From positions 1 through 36,249 of the IMG/VR virus record IMGVR_UViG_3300029183_000430: DNA of 36,249 bases. One strand, written 5' to 3'. This document shows positions 1-9,237 of the stretch, in pieces (positions within the stretch are counted from its first letter, which is position 1; each line of letters begins with the position of its first letter). The notes under the pieces were generated by a model. It saw only the letters and a list, made by a program, of their open reading frames with translations, was not told the origin of the DNA and did no database searches. This DNA is from a virus. Taxonomy: Duplodnaviria > Caudoviricetes. The position numbers and the translations under genes were made by a program.

Positions 1-83
1 TATCGTGATGGCGATTGTGCTCATGATATTTGCTGTCATGTTATTCCGCACCACTGTCCAATACTTCTCGCGCTACATGCCCG
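1..83. repeat. Terminal direct repeat, left copy (circular contig overlap)
   Basis: 1-79 is identical to 36167-36245. Position 80 (c) mismatches 36246 (g), then ccg matches again. Confidence 0.97.
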
Positions 84-1390
84 ATTACATTATAAAGCAA
101 AGCCCGACAGCCTTGTCTCGTTTTGCGTGGGTTGTCTTTTATTTGGTCTTAGGCCTTGCTATTCTTAAAGTCCCAGCACGAACCCAAGTATACAACTACA
201 AGCGTCAACCTTGGATAAACAATGCATACCTTGAAACACGTCAGGCTGTGTCCATCGATGGCTATCGTGTCAGTCTTGTATTTGACCTTATAAGCCGTAC
301 ATCAGAAGAGATATCCGCTTTTATATCCCACAGCATAGACAGGCTGTTTAAAAGCTCCAATTCCCAACTCCACACGCCCGATATTGGGTACCGCGCTATG
401 GTGGCAGCGAGTGCGAACGTCGTTAAGTCCCCCCTACTTAAACACGGCCTCAACCTCTTTGCCACCAGCTGCGCTCCTCAACTTATGAAACATGATGCGG
501 GTGCGTGGACAAGCTCTTTTATCGGCAGCAGACCCAAAGAAATGGATGCTATTTTGCGTAGCATTCCCCTTACAGGCGAGCTTGCTGGTGCGACCAACTG
601 CCTAGCCCTAAATAACTACATTGATAAAGCTGTCATTGACGAAGCTCTGGACGAGTACAAGAAATCAGAAACCGTGCTTAACGCCCTTGGCGCCTCAACC
701 AATGTAAAACGCTTTCTTGCCGCATCTGCCATACGCAACCACTACGGCTCGGAGTATCAAACATCAGCAGGTGTCAATATTAAAGCCACCAATCCCGATT
801 GGTTTGTGGTCCTACGTCAAACTCTGGGCGGCTATTTTAAGAAAGCGAGAGGCTTTGGACGCAATAAATCAGGCCGTGTGAGCTTTAACGAAAACAACAC
901 CTTTACCGATAAAAATCAAGTGTATCACGCAAGTAATCGCTTTGATGCACGCCTAAACCAAGCACCTCATATGATTGGTTTGATAAAGATGATGCTGATT
1001 GCAGGGTTTCCTTTTCTCATCTTTCCTGTGGTGGCGGGAGGTTGGCGTGTTTTAATCTATTGGACCGCCATCTACTTCTCCGTTCTCTTATGGCAACCCC
1101 TTTGGTTATTTCTCTTCTATGTCATGCAATCGGTTGTGGGCGCCCAAGCTCAATTGCAGCAGCGCTTAGGCCACAGTGCCGGAGCTGTTATTGGAGCAAC
1201 CCTTATGGAAGATGATATGAACTTTTTCTACCAGCTGTACTACTGGATTCAACTTATTATCGGCCCTGTGTTTAGTTTTGTGATGATATTCTGGCTTAAG
1301 CCGTTTTTCCAAGGCTCAAAAGAAAGTGGAACAGACGCTATTAAGCACAGTAAAAGCGCCGCAGCGTTGTCAGGAGGTCCCATTGTCTAA
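5..1390 (+). CDS. TraG N-terminal-domain-like (TraG_N) multi-pass membrane protein; true start is across the circular join at 36078 (about 492 aa total)
   Basis: Two N-terminal TM segments, a long soluble region with paired Cys, and a C-terminal TM block (PHMIGLIKMMLIAGFPFL...YFSVLLWQPLW) resembling ICE TraG_N proteins. Frame is continuous with 36078-36170. Confidence 0.65.
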   Translation: MMAIVLMIFAVMLFRTTVQYFSRYMPDYIIKQSPTALSRFAWVVFYLVLGLAILKVPARTQVYNYKRQPWINNAYLETRQAVSIDGYRVSLVFDLISRTSEEISAFISHSIDRLFKSSNSQLHTPDIGYRAMVAASANVVKSPLLKHGLNLFATSCAPQLMKHDAGAWTSSFIGSRPKEMDAILRSIPLTGELAGATNCLALNNYIDKAVIDEALDEYKKSETVLNALGASTNVKRFLAASAIRNHYGSEYQTSAGVNIKATNPDWFVVLRQTLGGYFKKARGFGRNKSGRVSFNENNTFTDKNQVYHASNRFDARLNQAPHMIGLIKMMLIAGFPFLIFPVVAGGWRVLIYWTAIYFSVLLWQPLWLFLFYVMQSVVGAQAQLQQRLGHSAGAVIGATLMEDDMNFFYQLYYWIQLIIGPVFSFVMIFWLKPFFQGSKESGTDAIKHSKSAAALSGGPIV

Positions 1391-2141
1391 CCGTGAGACA
1401 GAACCAGAATCATTAATCATAGAACTAACCCCGGAGCAGAAAGCGCAACTTGTTATTTACCGCAATAAATGGATAGAGATTGGGTTATGTACGGAGCCAG
1501 CAAACCGACCGAAAGCGGAGGAAGGGATTAATTTGGCGTATGAATGCGCAGGTTTGGAGCCACCGAAAGAGATTATATGGTGCGAGTCTCCGTTATCAGC
1601 AACATTAATAGCATTTAGAAATTACACGAGAAGACCCGTTGAAAAATTTGTTAGAAGCGATGCGTGGCAGCTTGCTGGAAAACTTATTATGAAATCCGTT
1701 GATAAATTTCTTTTACAACGTATTGGGATGTCCGTTTGGAATCCTGTTTGGAAAAAAGTTGAAATTTCAGTTGGGAATTTTATTATGAAATCCATCTATA
1801 ACGTCCATGACTCTGTTAGACACATTGCTGGAGAGTTTTGTCTTGGTCAACATGATGCGCCATGGTTATCTTATTACGAGCACCTTCGAAAGGAGTTAGG
1901 TTTATACAAGGAAACAGAAGGACTTCAAGGATTATTAATCCAGGCACAGCACGCGGGTTGGTTTCTGCCTTATGAAGACGTGTGTTTTGTCTCAGAGCGT
2001 CCGAACTTCATCAAGCTTGATGATGACGGCCATCTTCACTGCGAAGACGGACCAGCGATTGAGTACCCCGACGGCTTTAAGGTTTATGCCCTGCATGGCG
2101 AAAGACAAGATAAAGGAGCGTTAAAGTGCCAGAACAATTAA
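1383..2141 (+). CDS. DUF6745-like protein
   Basis: Motifs GQHDAPW, GWFLPYEDVCFVSERP, LHCEDGPAIEYPDG. AGGAGG at 1372-1377 favours the TTG start at 1383 over 1326. Confidence 0.75.
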   Translation: MSNRETEPESLIIELTPEQKAQLVIYRNKWIEIGLCTEPANRPKAEEGINLAYECAGLEPPKEIIWCESPLSATLIAFRNYTRRPVEKFVRSDAWQLAGKLIMKSVDKFLLQRIGMSVWNPVWKKVEISVGNFIMKSIYNVHDSVRHIAGEFCLGQHDAPWLSYYEHLRKELGLYKETEGLQGLLIQAQHAGWFLPYEDVCFVSERPNFIKLDDDGHLHCEDGPAIEYPDGFKVYALHGERQDKGALKCQNN

Positions 2142-2455
2142 AAGAACTTCTTGGAAAGAGTGTAACATTCTTGATAGGGCTGCTTATCTTTACGTTTTTG
2201 TATATTACGTTTGTTCGCCCAAAACACTTTAAATCAATGTCTGAGCTAAAGGTGCGGTGCCAACAAATGCAAGAACAACGCTGTATTTCCTATAGTGACT
2301 TGGAAATTCATTACGAGGGCAAGATTGTCGCAACATACGACAGCGAAACAAGGCAATGGAAAACAGAAGACTCAACAAAAGCAACGATGGCGACGATTAA
2401 TATACTCGAACAAGCTGATACATTTGCTCAGGTTGTGCTTGATTCCATGAAGTAG
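2126..2455 (+). CDS. Hypothetical membrane-anchored protein, paralogue of 30007..30315
   Basis: N-terminal TM helix; AAGGAG RBS; shared motif IHY-x-GKIVATYD-x-x-TRQW. Confidence 0.7.
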   Translation: MPEQLKELLGKSVTFLIGLLIFTFLYITFVRPKHFKSMSELKVRCQQMQEQRCISYSDLEIHYEGKIVATYDSETRQWKTEDSTKATMATINILEQADTFAQVVLDSMK

Positions 2456-2463
2456 CCACTAAG

Positions 2464-2492
2464 TTGACATAACCTACCCATTTAGTTAATCT
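2464..2492 (+). promoter_or_regulatory. sigma70-type promoter upstream of the packaging/structural operon
   Basis: TTGACA (2464-2469), 17-bp spacer, TAATCT (2487-2492), in an intergenic gap. Confidence 0.65.
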
Positions 2493-2523
2493 AATGTCTA
2501 CACCTTAAACGGAGAATATAAAA

Positions 2524-3204
2524 ATGTACGAAATAACGGTGCAGGGCGACTATTACGTGCGCAACGGACGCGACCGCGATGTCAGCTCTTATCAAGAAAC
2601 ATTTAAAATGCCAGCAGCACACCAAGCCCTTAGCATTATTCAAAATAAGCTTATCAACGCACGATTGCGCAGCAAAAACTCTAATGCGATTGGATTTCGC
2701 ACATGCCAAATAACAGACTGCAAACAAACGAGTGGCCCTAGGAAATCGACAAAAGATGTATCGGAAATGAGCTTAGACGAGCTTATTGTGTTTTGTTTAG
2801 ACAAACGCCTTAATGTGAATCCTGAGTCCTACGGCTCTGTGTTAGATGCGCGTAATAAAGTGCAAGACGCTCTAGATAACAAGAAACTTGCCGATAAGCT
2901 TGCGGCACAGGAGGAACAAAAAAAGGCTAAAAAGGCACAGGAAGACGAAGATTTGCTTGCTATGAACAACATGGCCGGAAGAGAAGCGCTTGAAAAAGTT
3001 AAATCTAGTAATAGTAATTATGAAACCTACATTAATGTAAGCGAATTGGAATTACCTGACCAAACGTTATCTACCACCGATACATTTGACGAACAGCCTA
3101 AGCCTGCGCCTAAAAAAGCAAAGAAGCGCGGTAGACCAAGAAAGAAAGCAAAAGCACCATCTAAGGAGGAAACACCGGAAGTCGTGGTTACTAACCTTGA
3201 CTAA
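2524..3204 (+). CDS. Hypothetical protein with charged low-complexity C-terminus
   Basis: 226-aa ORF with GGAGA RBS; KKRGRPRK AT-hook-like motif near the C-terminus. Confidence 0.75.
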   Translation: MYEITVQGDYYVRNGRDRDVSSYQETFKMPAAHQALSIIQNKLINARLRSKNSNAIGFRTCQITDCKQTSGPRKSTKDVSEMSLDELIVFCLDKRLNVNPESYGSVLDARNKVQDALDNKKLADKLAAQEEQKKAKKAQEDEDLLAMNNMAGREALEKVKSSNSNYETYINVSELELPDQTLSTTDTFDEQPKPAPKKAKKRGRPRKKAKAPSKEETPEVVVTNLD

Positions 3205-3210
3205 CCCCGT

Positions 3211-3762
3211 ATGGCAAAAAACGCAGACAATCTTACCGATAAACAGATACGATTTGTCGCGGCTTATCTTGAAACCTTAAACGCCGCCGAAGCAGCACGA
3301 CGCGCCGGGTACCCTGAAAAGTCAGCCCGAGCTAACGGGTATAATCTATTGCAATTACCTCAAGTTCAAAAGGTTATTGAAGCCAAAAGAAAAGAAATTG
3401 CTGAACGCACTGACGTTACTTTAGAAAAAATAGTAAAAGAATACGCCTGCATTGCCTTTGCTAATATAGCCGATTTTGTTTATTGGGACCAAGACACCGT
3501 AACCTTAAAACCTTCCGATGAATTGACTCGAGAGGATACGGCCGCCATTATTGAGGTAATTCAAACGACATCATCTGACGGATCAAAAAACGTACGGTTT
3601 AAGCTGGGTGATAAAAAGGGGTCACTTGATTCATTAGGCCGCTATAGGGGCATGTTTGATGGAAAACACGGACCTGAAGACTTTAACTACATTGCATGGC
3701 TTAAAAAATTAGCCGACCAATCTAACACCGATGAGCAAAATAAAGAACCGTCTACCGAATGA
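3211..3762 (+). CDS. terS: Terminase small subunit
   Basis: LTDKQIRFVAAYL-x-x-LNAAEAARRAGY HTH signature (Terminase_2 type), IAFANIADF, KLGDKKGSLDSLGRY; directly upstream of TerL. Confidence 0.93.
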   Translation: MAKNADNLTDKQIRFVAAYLETLNAAEAARRAGYPEKSARANGYNLLQLPQVQKVIEAKRKEIAERTDVTLEKIVKEYACIAFANIADFVYWDQDTVTLKPSDELTREDTAAIIEVIQTTSSDGSKNVRFKLGDKKGSLDSLGRYRGMFDGKHGPEDFNYIAWLKKLADQSNTDEQNKEPSTE

Positions 3763-5344
3763 CCTCTATGCCATTCACGAGTCGATTCAAAACGACTTAA
3801 TCTTTTATGCCAAAAACCATCTACTTATCGTCACTAAATCAGGCAGTGTGGTGCCGTTTAAGCTTAATTACGTTCAAAACTATATCCACGATCAATTAGA
3901 AGACCAACTACGAACCACAGGCAAAGTCAGAGCCCTTGTTTTAAAATGCCGCCAGCCTGGTTGCTCAACCTATGTCGCTGGCCGCTTTTTCCACAAAACA
4001 ACTCAAAAGCAAGGGAAACGCACCTTTATTCTATCTCATGACTCCAAAACCACAGGCGAACTATTTAAAATCGTCAAACGCTTTCACGAACGCTTACCTA
4101 ATCCCGTAAAACCTGTAGCGAACACATCTAACCTTCAGCAGCTTATTTTCTCTGCCATAGAAAGTAGCTACACTGTGGGCACAGCTGGCAACGTCGAGGT
4201 TGGCCGTGGTTTAACGCTTCAGTATCTGCACGGCTCTGAAGTCGCCTTCTGGCCTAATGGCGATAAACTTATGAAAGGGGTGGGCCAGGCTGTTGCCGAC
4301 ATGCCAGGAACCGAAATAATACTCGAAAGCACCGCCAATGGCATGACCAACGAGTTTTATCGCATGTGCATGCAAGCCATCAAGGGCCGCGGGGACTACC
4401 GACTTATTTTTATTCCCTGGTTTTGGCATCATGAGTATGTCCGGGAGGTGCCAGATAACTTTGTTTTATCTGATGAAGAACTCCAATACCAAAAAACCTA
4501 TGACCTAACCGATGAGCAAATGGCGTGGAGACAAGCCAAACTTGAAAACTGGGGCGGTATCGAAAACGGTGCTCTTTGGAAATTTAAGCAAGAATACCCC
4601 GCGAACCCCATGGAAGCCTTTGAAACCTCCGGCGATAGCCTTATCAAAAGCGAATTTATTATGGCTGCCCGCAAAAGCAAACTCAAAGACCGTAACGCGC
4701 CCCTTGTTATGGGAATAGACAAAGCCCGCTCAGGTGACCGTACCGTCATTGCGTTCCGCCGCGGCCGTGAGGTCCCTAAATGCTACGCCTATACCGATAT
4801 GAACGAAATGCGCTTAGCCGGCATTGCTGCCCAATTAATAGACAAACACAAACCTAAAAAGTGCTTTGTCGATATTACCGACGGCTGGGGCTGTGTCGAC
4901 CGTCTTCATGAGTTAGGCTACCGCGATATTGTCGATGGCATCCACTTTGGGTCCAAAGCCACACAAGAAGACTTGTACGTCAATAAACGTGTTGAAATGT
5001 GGATATCGTTGCGTGACTGGTTCCACCAAGACGGCGAAAAGAACATCCCAGATGAAGACGAAATACAAGCCGACCTGACCGCCATTCCCGACGCCAAAGA
5101 ACAATCCAACGGTAAAAAATACCTGGTCTCTAAAGATAAAATTAAAGAAGCTTACGGAGGTAAATCACCCGATTACGGTGATGCCCTTGCTTTAACATTT
5201 GCTTTTCCTGTCCGAATAGAGCACAATAACCGCAAACATATGTCCACAAATAAGTCACAAGGCATAAAAGCATTTGGGCGTATGAGAAAAAATGACCAAG
5301 ATATAAACGAAACATCAATCTATATTGATGCCATAAGGAGATAG
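3731..5344 (+). CDS. terL: Terminase large subunit
   Basis: ATPase motifs LKCRQPGCST, YLHGSEVAFW, ILESTANG; FKQEYP; nuclease motifs MGIDKARSGDRT and KSPDYGDALALTF. Confidence 0.95.
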   Translation: MSKIKNRLPNDLYAIHESIQNDLIFYAKNHLLIVTKSGSVVPFKLNYVQNYIHDQLEDQLRTTGKVRALVLKCRQPGCSTYVAGRFFHKTTQKQGKRTFILSHDSKTTGELFKIVKRFHERLPNPVKPVANTSNLQQLIFSAIESSYTVGTAGNVEVGRGLTLQYLHGSEVAFWPNGDKLMKGVGQAVADMPGTEIILESTANGMTNEFYRMCMQAIKGRGDYRLIFIPWFWHHEYVREVPDNFVLSDEELQYQKTYDLTDEQMAWRQAKLENWGGIENGALWKFKQEYPANPMEAFETSGDSLIKSEFIMAARKSKLKDRNAPLVMGIDKARSGDRTVIAFRRGREVPKCYAYTDMNEMRLAGIAAQLIDKHKPKKCFVDITDGWGCVDRLHELGYRDIVDGIHFGSKATQEDLYVNKRVEMWISLRDWFHQDGEKNIPDEDEIQADLTAIPDAKEQSNGKKYLVSKDKIKEAYGGKSPDYGDALALTFAFPVRIEHNNRKHMSTNKSQGIKAFGRMRKNDQDINETSIYIDAIRR

Positions 5345-5346
5345 AT

Positions 5347-5622
5347 ATGGGAGGCTCTGCTAGTGTTTTAGGGGCTGCATTGGCCCCAGTTACTTTCGGA
5401 ACCAGTCTAGCTCTCACGCAAGGAGCTAAAAAGGCAGGACAATTGATAACACCTAAACCCCCACAAGCGGGCTTGCCGCAACAGACCCCAACTGCCAGCG
5501 ACGATAACGAAGACGAGGAAATTAAACGCCGTGCTCGATTGGGTCTTATTAACGAACAGTCTTTACGACAAAGCTTTGGAACGCCTCAATCGGTAGGACG
5601 ACGACGCCTTTTAGGCAATTAA
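5347..5622 (+). CDS. Small hypothetical virion-associated protein
   Basis: MGG start, ends RRLLGN, between TerL and portal as is common in this podovirus layout; AAGGAG RBS. Confidence 0.65.
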   Translation: MGGSASVLGAALAPVTFGTSLALTQGAKKAGQLITPKPPQAGLPQQTPTASDDNEDEEIKRRARLGLINEQSLRQSFGTPQSVGRRRLLGN

Positions 5623-5650
5623 TTAATGTATCACGGCGATATATTATAAA

Positions 5651-7369
5651 ATGGCAAATAAACTAATAGATTACCATACTCCTGAAAAAATAACGCGTCG
5701 CTTTGAATCCCTCAAGACGCAAAAAGCAGCTATCCTCGAAGACCTGCGTGTCATCGATAAATACGTCAACGCACGTGAAACCGCAGGCGATGAAATGTCG
5801 CTCATTAAACTCGTTAACCGCGAGCTTTTTGATTCCACCGCACGAAAAGCCAATAAGCTTATGGCCTCCATCATCGTCGGTATGCTATGGTCTGGCGCAA
5901 CACGCTCCATACGCCTAGAACCTCCTGAAGAACTGCCCGATAACCAAGCAAACCGCGAATATTACGATTTTGTAACACGCGAAATGGCGCGCACCATGGA
6001 TGACCCACGTTCAGGATTTTCCATGGCCATGAACGAATACATGAAAGACCAAGGTTCTTATGGAACCAGTGGACTGTACTCCGAAGAGGCCCCCGATGAT
6101 GACCCCATCGATGTGCTATTCCAAGCCTGGGGCCTCAAAAGCTTAGTTATTAACGAAGGATCCAATGGATTCGTTGATACCGTCTACCGCGAGTTTGAAT
6201 GGCCTATCAATAAAGCCGTAAAAGAATACGGCCTAGACAATCTGAGTGACGAAAACAAAGACAAGTTTTTAAACAATCACGGTCATGAAAAGATGCGTAT
6301 CCTGCACGCCATCGAACCACGTGTAGGAAGAACAAGCGATGACCCAAGTAACCAAAACATGCCGTGGGCTTCGATTCACTTTGAATCTAAATCAAAGAAA
6401 ATACTACGAACCAGCGGATTTGCCGAAATACCCGTTAAAATAGCACGCTTTGACAAAATGTCAGAAGACCTCTATGGCCGCTCACCTGCCATGGACGCTC
6501 TAAGCGATATCCTCGAATTAGACGGTATATGGGAATCTCTTACCCTTGCCATTGAAAAAAACCTCGATCCGCCCATCGTCGTACTAGATGACGGCCGTCT
6601 TGGTGCAGATAAAATAGACACAAGCCCTAAAGCCATCAACGTATTCCGTATTACAGGGCGTATCGGCAATCAACCCCCCGTGTCTCCCATGTTTACCGTA
6701 GGGGAAATGAAAAGCACCCAAGAACTTGTCACCGTCCTGGTCGATTCCATCATGCAGCATTTCCTTATCGACCGTCTTCTCGACCTCAATAACGAAACCC
6801 AAATGACCCTAGGCGAAGCTCAAATTAGAAACAGCATACGTGGCACCCTCCTAGGCTCTGTCTTTGACCGACAAATTACCGAAATGCTCACGCCCACCAT
6901 CCAACGCACCTTTAACATCAAACTTAAACGGGGCTCCTTGGGTGTCATCCGTGGTTCCGAAGATGAACAAATCCTTATTGCAAAAGGCAAACAACCTGTC
7001 TATATCCCCGATGATGTCGCTAAACTTATCCTCGACGGCAAAGACGTCTATCGCATTGCCTATTTTACGCCCGCTATGCGCATGCTACGCGCCGAACAAG
7101 CTCAAGGCATACTACAGACCTGGAATTTTGTTAAAGACGTATCACAAGGAAAGCCTTCCGCAATGGACAATTTTGATGAAGACAAAGCAGTGCGCGAAGT
7201 GGCTGAAATTGCTGGCGCCCCTGCTAAAATACTCAAAGATTTTAAAAGTATGATTAAAGAACGTCAGATGCGTACACAAATGGTTGAACAGCAGGAACAA
7301 ACCGCACAACTTGAACAAGCGGCCAATATTGCGCAAGTGGCTACAAAAGCCGCCGCCAACGTAACCTAA
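5651..7369 (+). CDS. Portal (head-to-tail connector) protein, T7 gp8/BPP-1 type
   Basis: FDSTA, GFVDTVYREF, YGRSPAMDALSDI and QMTLGEA motifs; 572 aa; synteny. Confidence 0.93.
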   Translation: MANKLIDYHTPEKITRRFESLKTQKAAILEDLRVIDKYVNARETAGDEMSLIKLVNRELFDSTARKANKLMASIIVGMLWSGATRSIRLEPPEELPDNQANREYYDFVTREMARTMDDPRSGFSMAMNEYMKDQGSYGTSGLYSEEAPDDDPIDVLFQAWGLKSLVINEGSNGFVDTVYREFEWPINKAVKEYGLDNLSDENKDKFLNNHGHEKMRILHAIEPRVGRTSDDPSNQNMPWASIHFESKSKKILRTSGFAEIPVKIARFDKMSEDLYGRSPAMDALSDILELDGIWESLTLAIEKNLDPPIVVLDDGRLGADKIDTSPKAINVFRITGRIGNQPPVSPMFTVGEMKSTQELVTVLVDSIMQHFLIDRLLDLNNETQMTLGEAQIRNSIRGTLLGSVFDRQITEMLTPTIQRTFNIKLKRGSLGVIRGSEDEQILIAKGKQPVYIPDDVAKLILDGKDVYRIAYFTPAMRMLRAEQAQGILQTWNFVKDVSQGKPSAMDNFDEDKAVREVAEIAGAPAKILKDFKSMIKERQMRTQMVEQQEQTAQLEQAANIAQVATKAAANVT

Positions 7370-7376
7370 TTACTTT

Positions 7377-7709
7377 ATGAGCGAAGAAAACCGCCCGGGC
7401 CTATCTACGCGCCAAGAACAAGCCAAACTCAAACGCCATCAAGCAGAAGCCCAAAAACGCGTCGAATACGAACGCCTTATTCAAGACATCAACACCACCT
7501 TTGCCACCGAAGAAGGTATTCGCACTCTACGCTGGCTCATGAATGAATGTGGCTTTATGGAATCAAACATCGTCTTCAATGGCAGCACCCTCGAGATTAA
7601 TGAAAAATCTGTGCTTTACAATGAAATGCGACGTGCTCTATACTTGCGAATACGAAGCATGGTAAGACCCGAAACACTTCGTAAGGTAGAACACGAAGGA
7701 ATCATTTAA
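7377..7709 (+). CDS. Bbp19-like conserved phage protein
   Basis: TFATEEGIRTLRWLMNECG...YNEMRRALYLRI pattern immediately after the portal. Confidence 0.7.
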   Translation: MSEENRPGLSTRQEQAKLKRHQAEAQKRVEYERLIQDINTTFATEEGIRTLRWLMNECGFMESNIVFNGSTLEINEKSVLYNEMRRALYLRIRSMVRPETLRKVEHEGII

Positions 7710-7711
7710 AG

Positions 7712-8035
7712 ATGGTGAGTCGGATACGTAATTTGTTATACAAATGGATATGCGATGTCTTTTACACGACCAACGCCAGTGACGAAGAACGTCAAACCAA
7801 GCGACGCCTTTTTGAGCAACAAAACACTCAGTGCGAAAAATTAACGCACGAAAAGTTGTATGGCGTAGAAGTAGAATTAAAAGAAGACGAAAAGGGGCGC
7901 ATGCCATTCCCAGTTAGCTGGACCGATGAAGGCGTTGAAATTATTTGGTTAACCGAAAAAGAATACCGAGAGCTCGCAAAGAAAAGGCAACAGCAAATAA
8001 ATCAAGAACTAAAAGAAGCGTTTGAAGGGAGTTAA
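7712..8035 (+). CDS. Hypothetical protein
   Basis: 107-aa ORF tightly packed in the head operon. Confidence 0.6.
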   Translation: MVSRIRNLLYKWICDVFYTTNASDEERQTKRRLFEQQNTQCEKLTHEKLYGVEVELKEDEKGRMPFPVSWTDEGVEIIWLTEKEYRELAKKRQQQINQELKEAFEGS

Positions 8036-8036
8036 T

Positions 8037-8897
8037 ATGTCGGAACAGGTCAGCCAAGAAACTAACATATCATCTAACGAAACCCTAGGCGGTGCCGAAG
8101 AAAACGTACAAACACCAACCACTTTACCCGAAACACCCGAACGCGTCGATTTATCCACCCTCGACTTCCAAGACTACATACCCGAAGAACACAAAGGCAA
8201 AGACTACCTTAAACCCGTTAAATCCTTCGATGACCTGTTTAACCAGTTTGATAATATACAAAAGCTTATTGGTAAGCGTAACCTGCCCGCTGATGATGCA
8301 ACCCCCGAACAATGGGACGAATACTTCTCTAAACTGCCAGGCAGACCCGAAAAACCAGAAGACTACGCCTTCGAACATCCCGAAGACCATCCCAAAAACG
8401 AAGAGTTCGACACCGCCGTAAAACAACTCATGCACCAAATAGGTCTATCTAAACAGCAAGCCTCTATCCTTCAAAAAGGCTTCGACGGTCTCATCAACCA
8501 ACAAATGCAAGCACAGGCTACCGCTAAAAAAGAACAAGACCAAGCATTTGAAAAACTAGCCGATAACCTGTTCGGTGATAAAAAAGATACCATTCTATCC
8601 GAAGTAAAAGCACTCATCGATGTGCATGCACCTGATGACTTAAAACCCCACCTTGGCCGACTCGATAACGAAAGCCTGATGCTCCTCGCTGGCGTGCTTA
8701 ATTCCGTACGTAACAAGTACATTAAAGAAGATTCCATACACCAAGGCCCCAATGACTCCGTCTCCATGAGTGAACAAGAAAGACGTGAAGAAGGTAGAAA
8801 ACTTATGCTGTCCGATGCCTACCGCGATTCCATGCACCCTGACCATGATAACGTTGTACATAAGGTCAATATTCTTTATGGAACAAAAAAACCATAA
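8037..8897 (+). CDS. Putative capsid scaffolding protein
   Basis: Acidic and helical; GRPEKPEDY motif; C-terminal AYRDSMHPDH; upstream of the capsid gene. ATG 8037 follows AAGGGAG. Confidence 0.8.
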   Translation: MSEQVSQETNISSNETLGGAEENVQTPTTLPETPERVDLSTLDFQDYIPEEHKGKDYLKPVKSFDDLFNQFDNIQKLIGKRNLPADDATPEQWDEYFSKLPGRPEKPEDYAFEHPEDHPKNEEFDTAVKQLMHQIGLSKQQASILQKGFDGLINQQMQAQATAKKEQDQAFEKLADNLFGDKKDTILSEVKALIDVHAPDDLKPHLGRLDNESLMLLAGVLNSVRNKYIKEDSIHQGPNDSVSMSEQERREEGRKLMLSDAYRDSMHPDHDNVVHKVNILYGTKKP

Positions 8898-9017
8898 TTT
8901 AATAGTAAGAATCCCAGCCTAACTAGCGTAAATATCATCACAAATGACAATATAACCGTGTAATTAAGCCACTTTAGAATCCTTCTATTGTGCCTTGGCA
9001 GTGTACAGGAATAAGTG

Positions 9018-9200
9018 TTAGTCTAAAACCAACTGTCTCATGACCGAACCGTCACCGTATGGTGTGCCTGCGCTAATGAGCTAGGGCATGAGATTAGATA
9101 CGCTGGCAGCGCGCATTACCGGCGTCAGTTGGCCCCGTTAGACTGAAGCCTTAAGTACCACTTAGGGGATTTGTAGGAATAATGGGGCCTTTCATTTTTT
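9018..9200 (+). ncRNA. Candidate structured RNA (multi-helix domain plus alternative terminator-like helix)
   Basis: Helices 9018-9026/9138-9146, 9029-9035/9126-9132, 9036-9042/9087-9093, 9053-9064, 9100-9106/9119-9125, 9149-9167. All non-Watson-Crick pairs are G-U on the + strand. Confidence 0.6.
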
Positions 9201-9237
9201 CCTTTACTTTCCTAGACAATTGAGCTAAGTCTAGACA

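Noticed and set aside
7647-7656. Operator-like GCGAATACGA
   Set aside because: Imperfect palindrome inside a CDS with no adjacent -35 box.
8877-8990. Hydrophobic minus-strand reading frame (possible type I toxin peptide)
   Set aside because: No convincing start with RBS; antisense frames of A-rich DNA are often hydrophobic by chance.
9073-9095. Hammerhead-like CTAATGAG core
   Set aside because: Deviates from CUGANGA and lacks the GAAA element and required stems.
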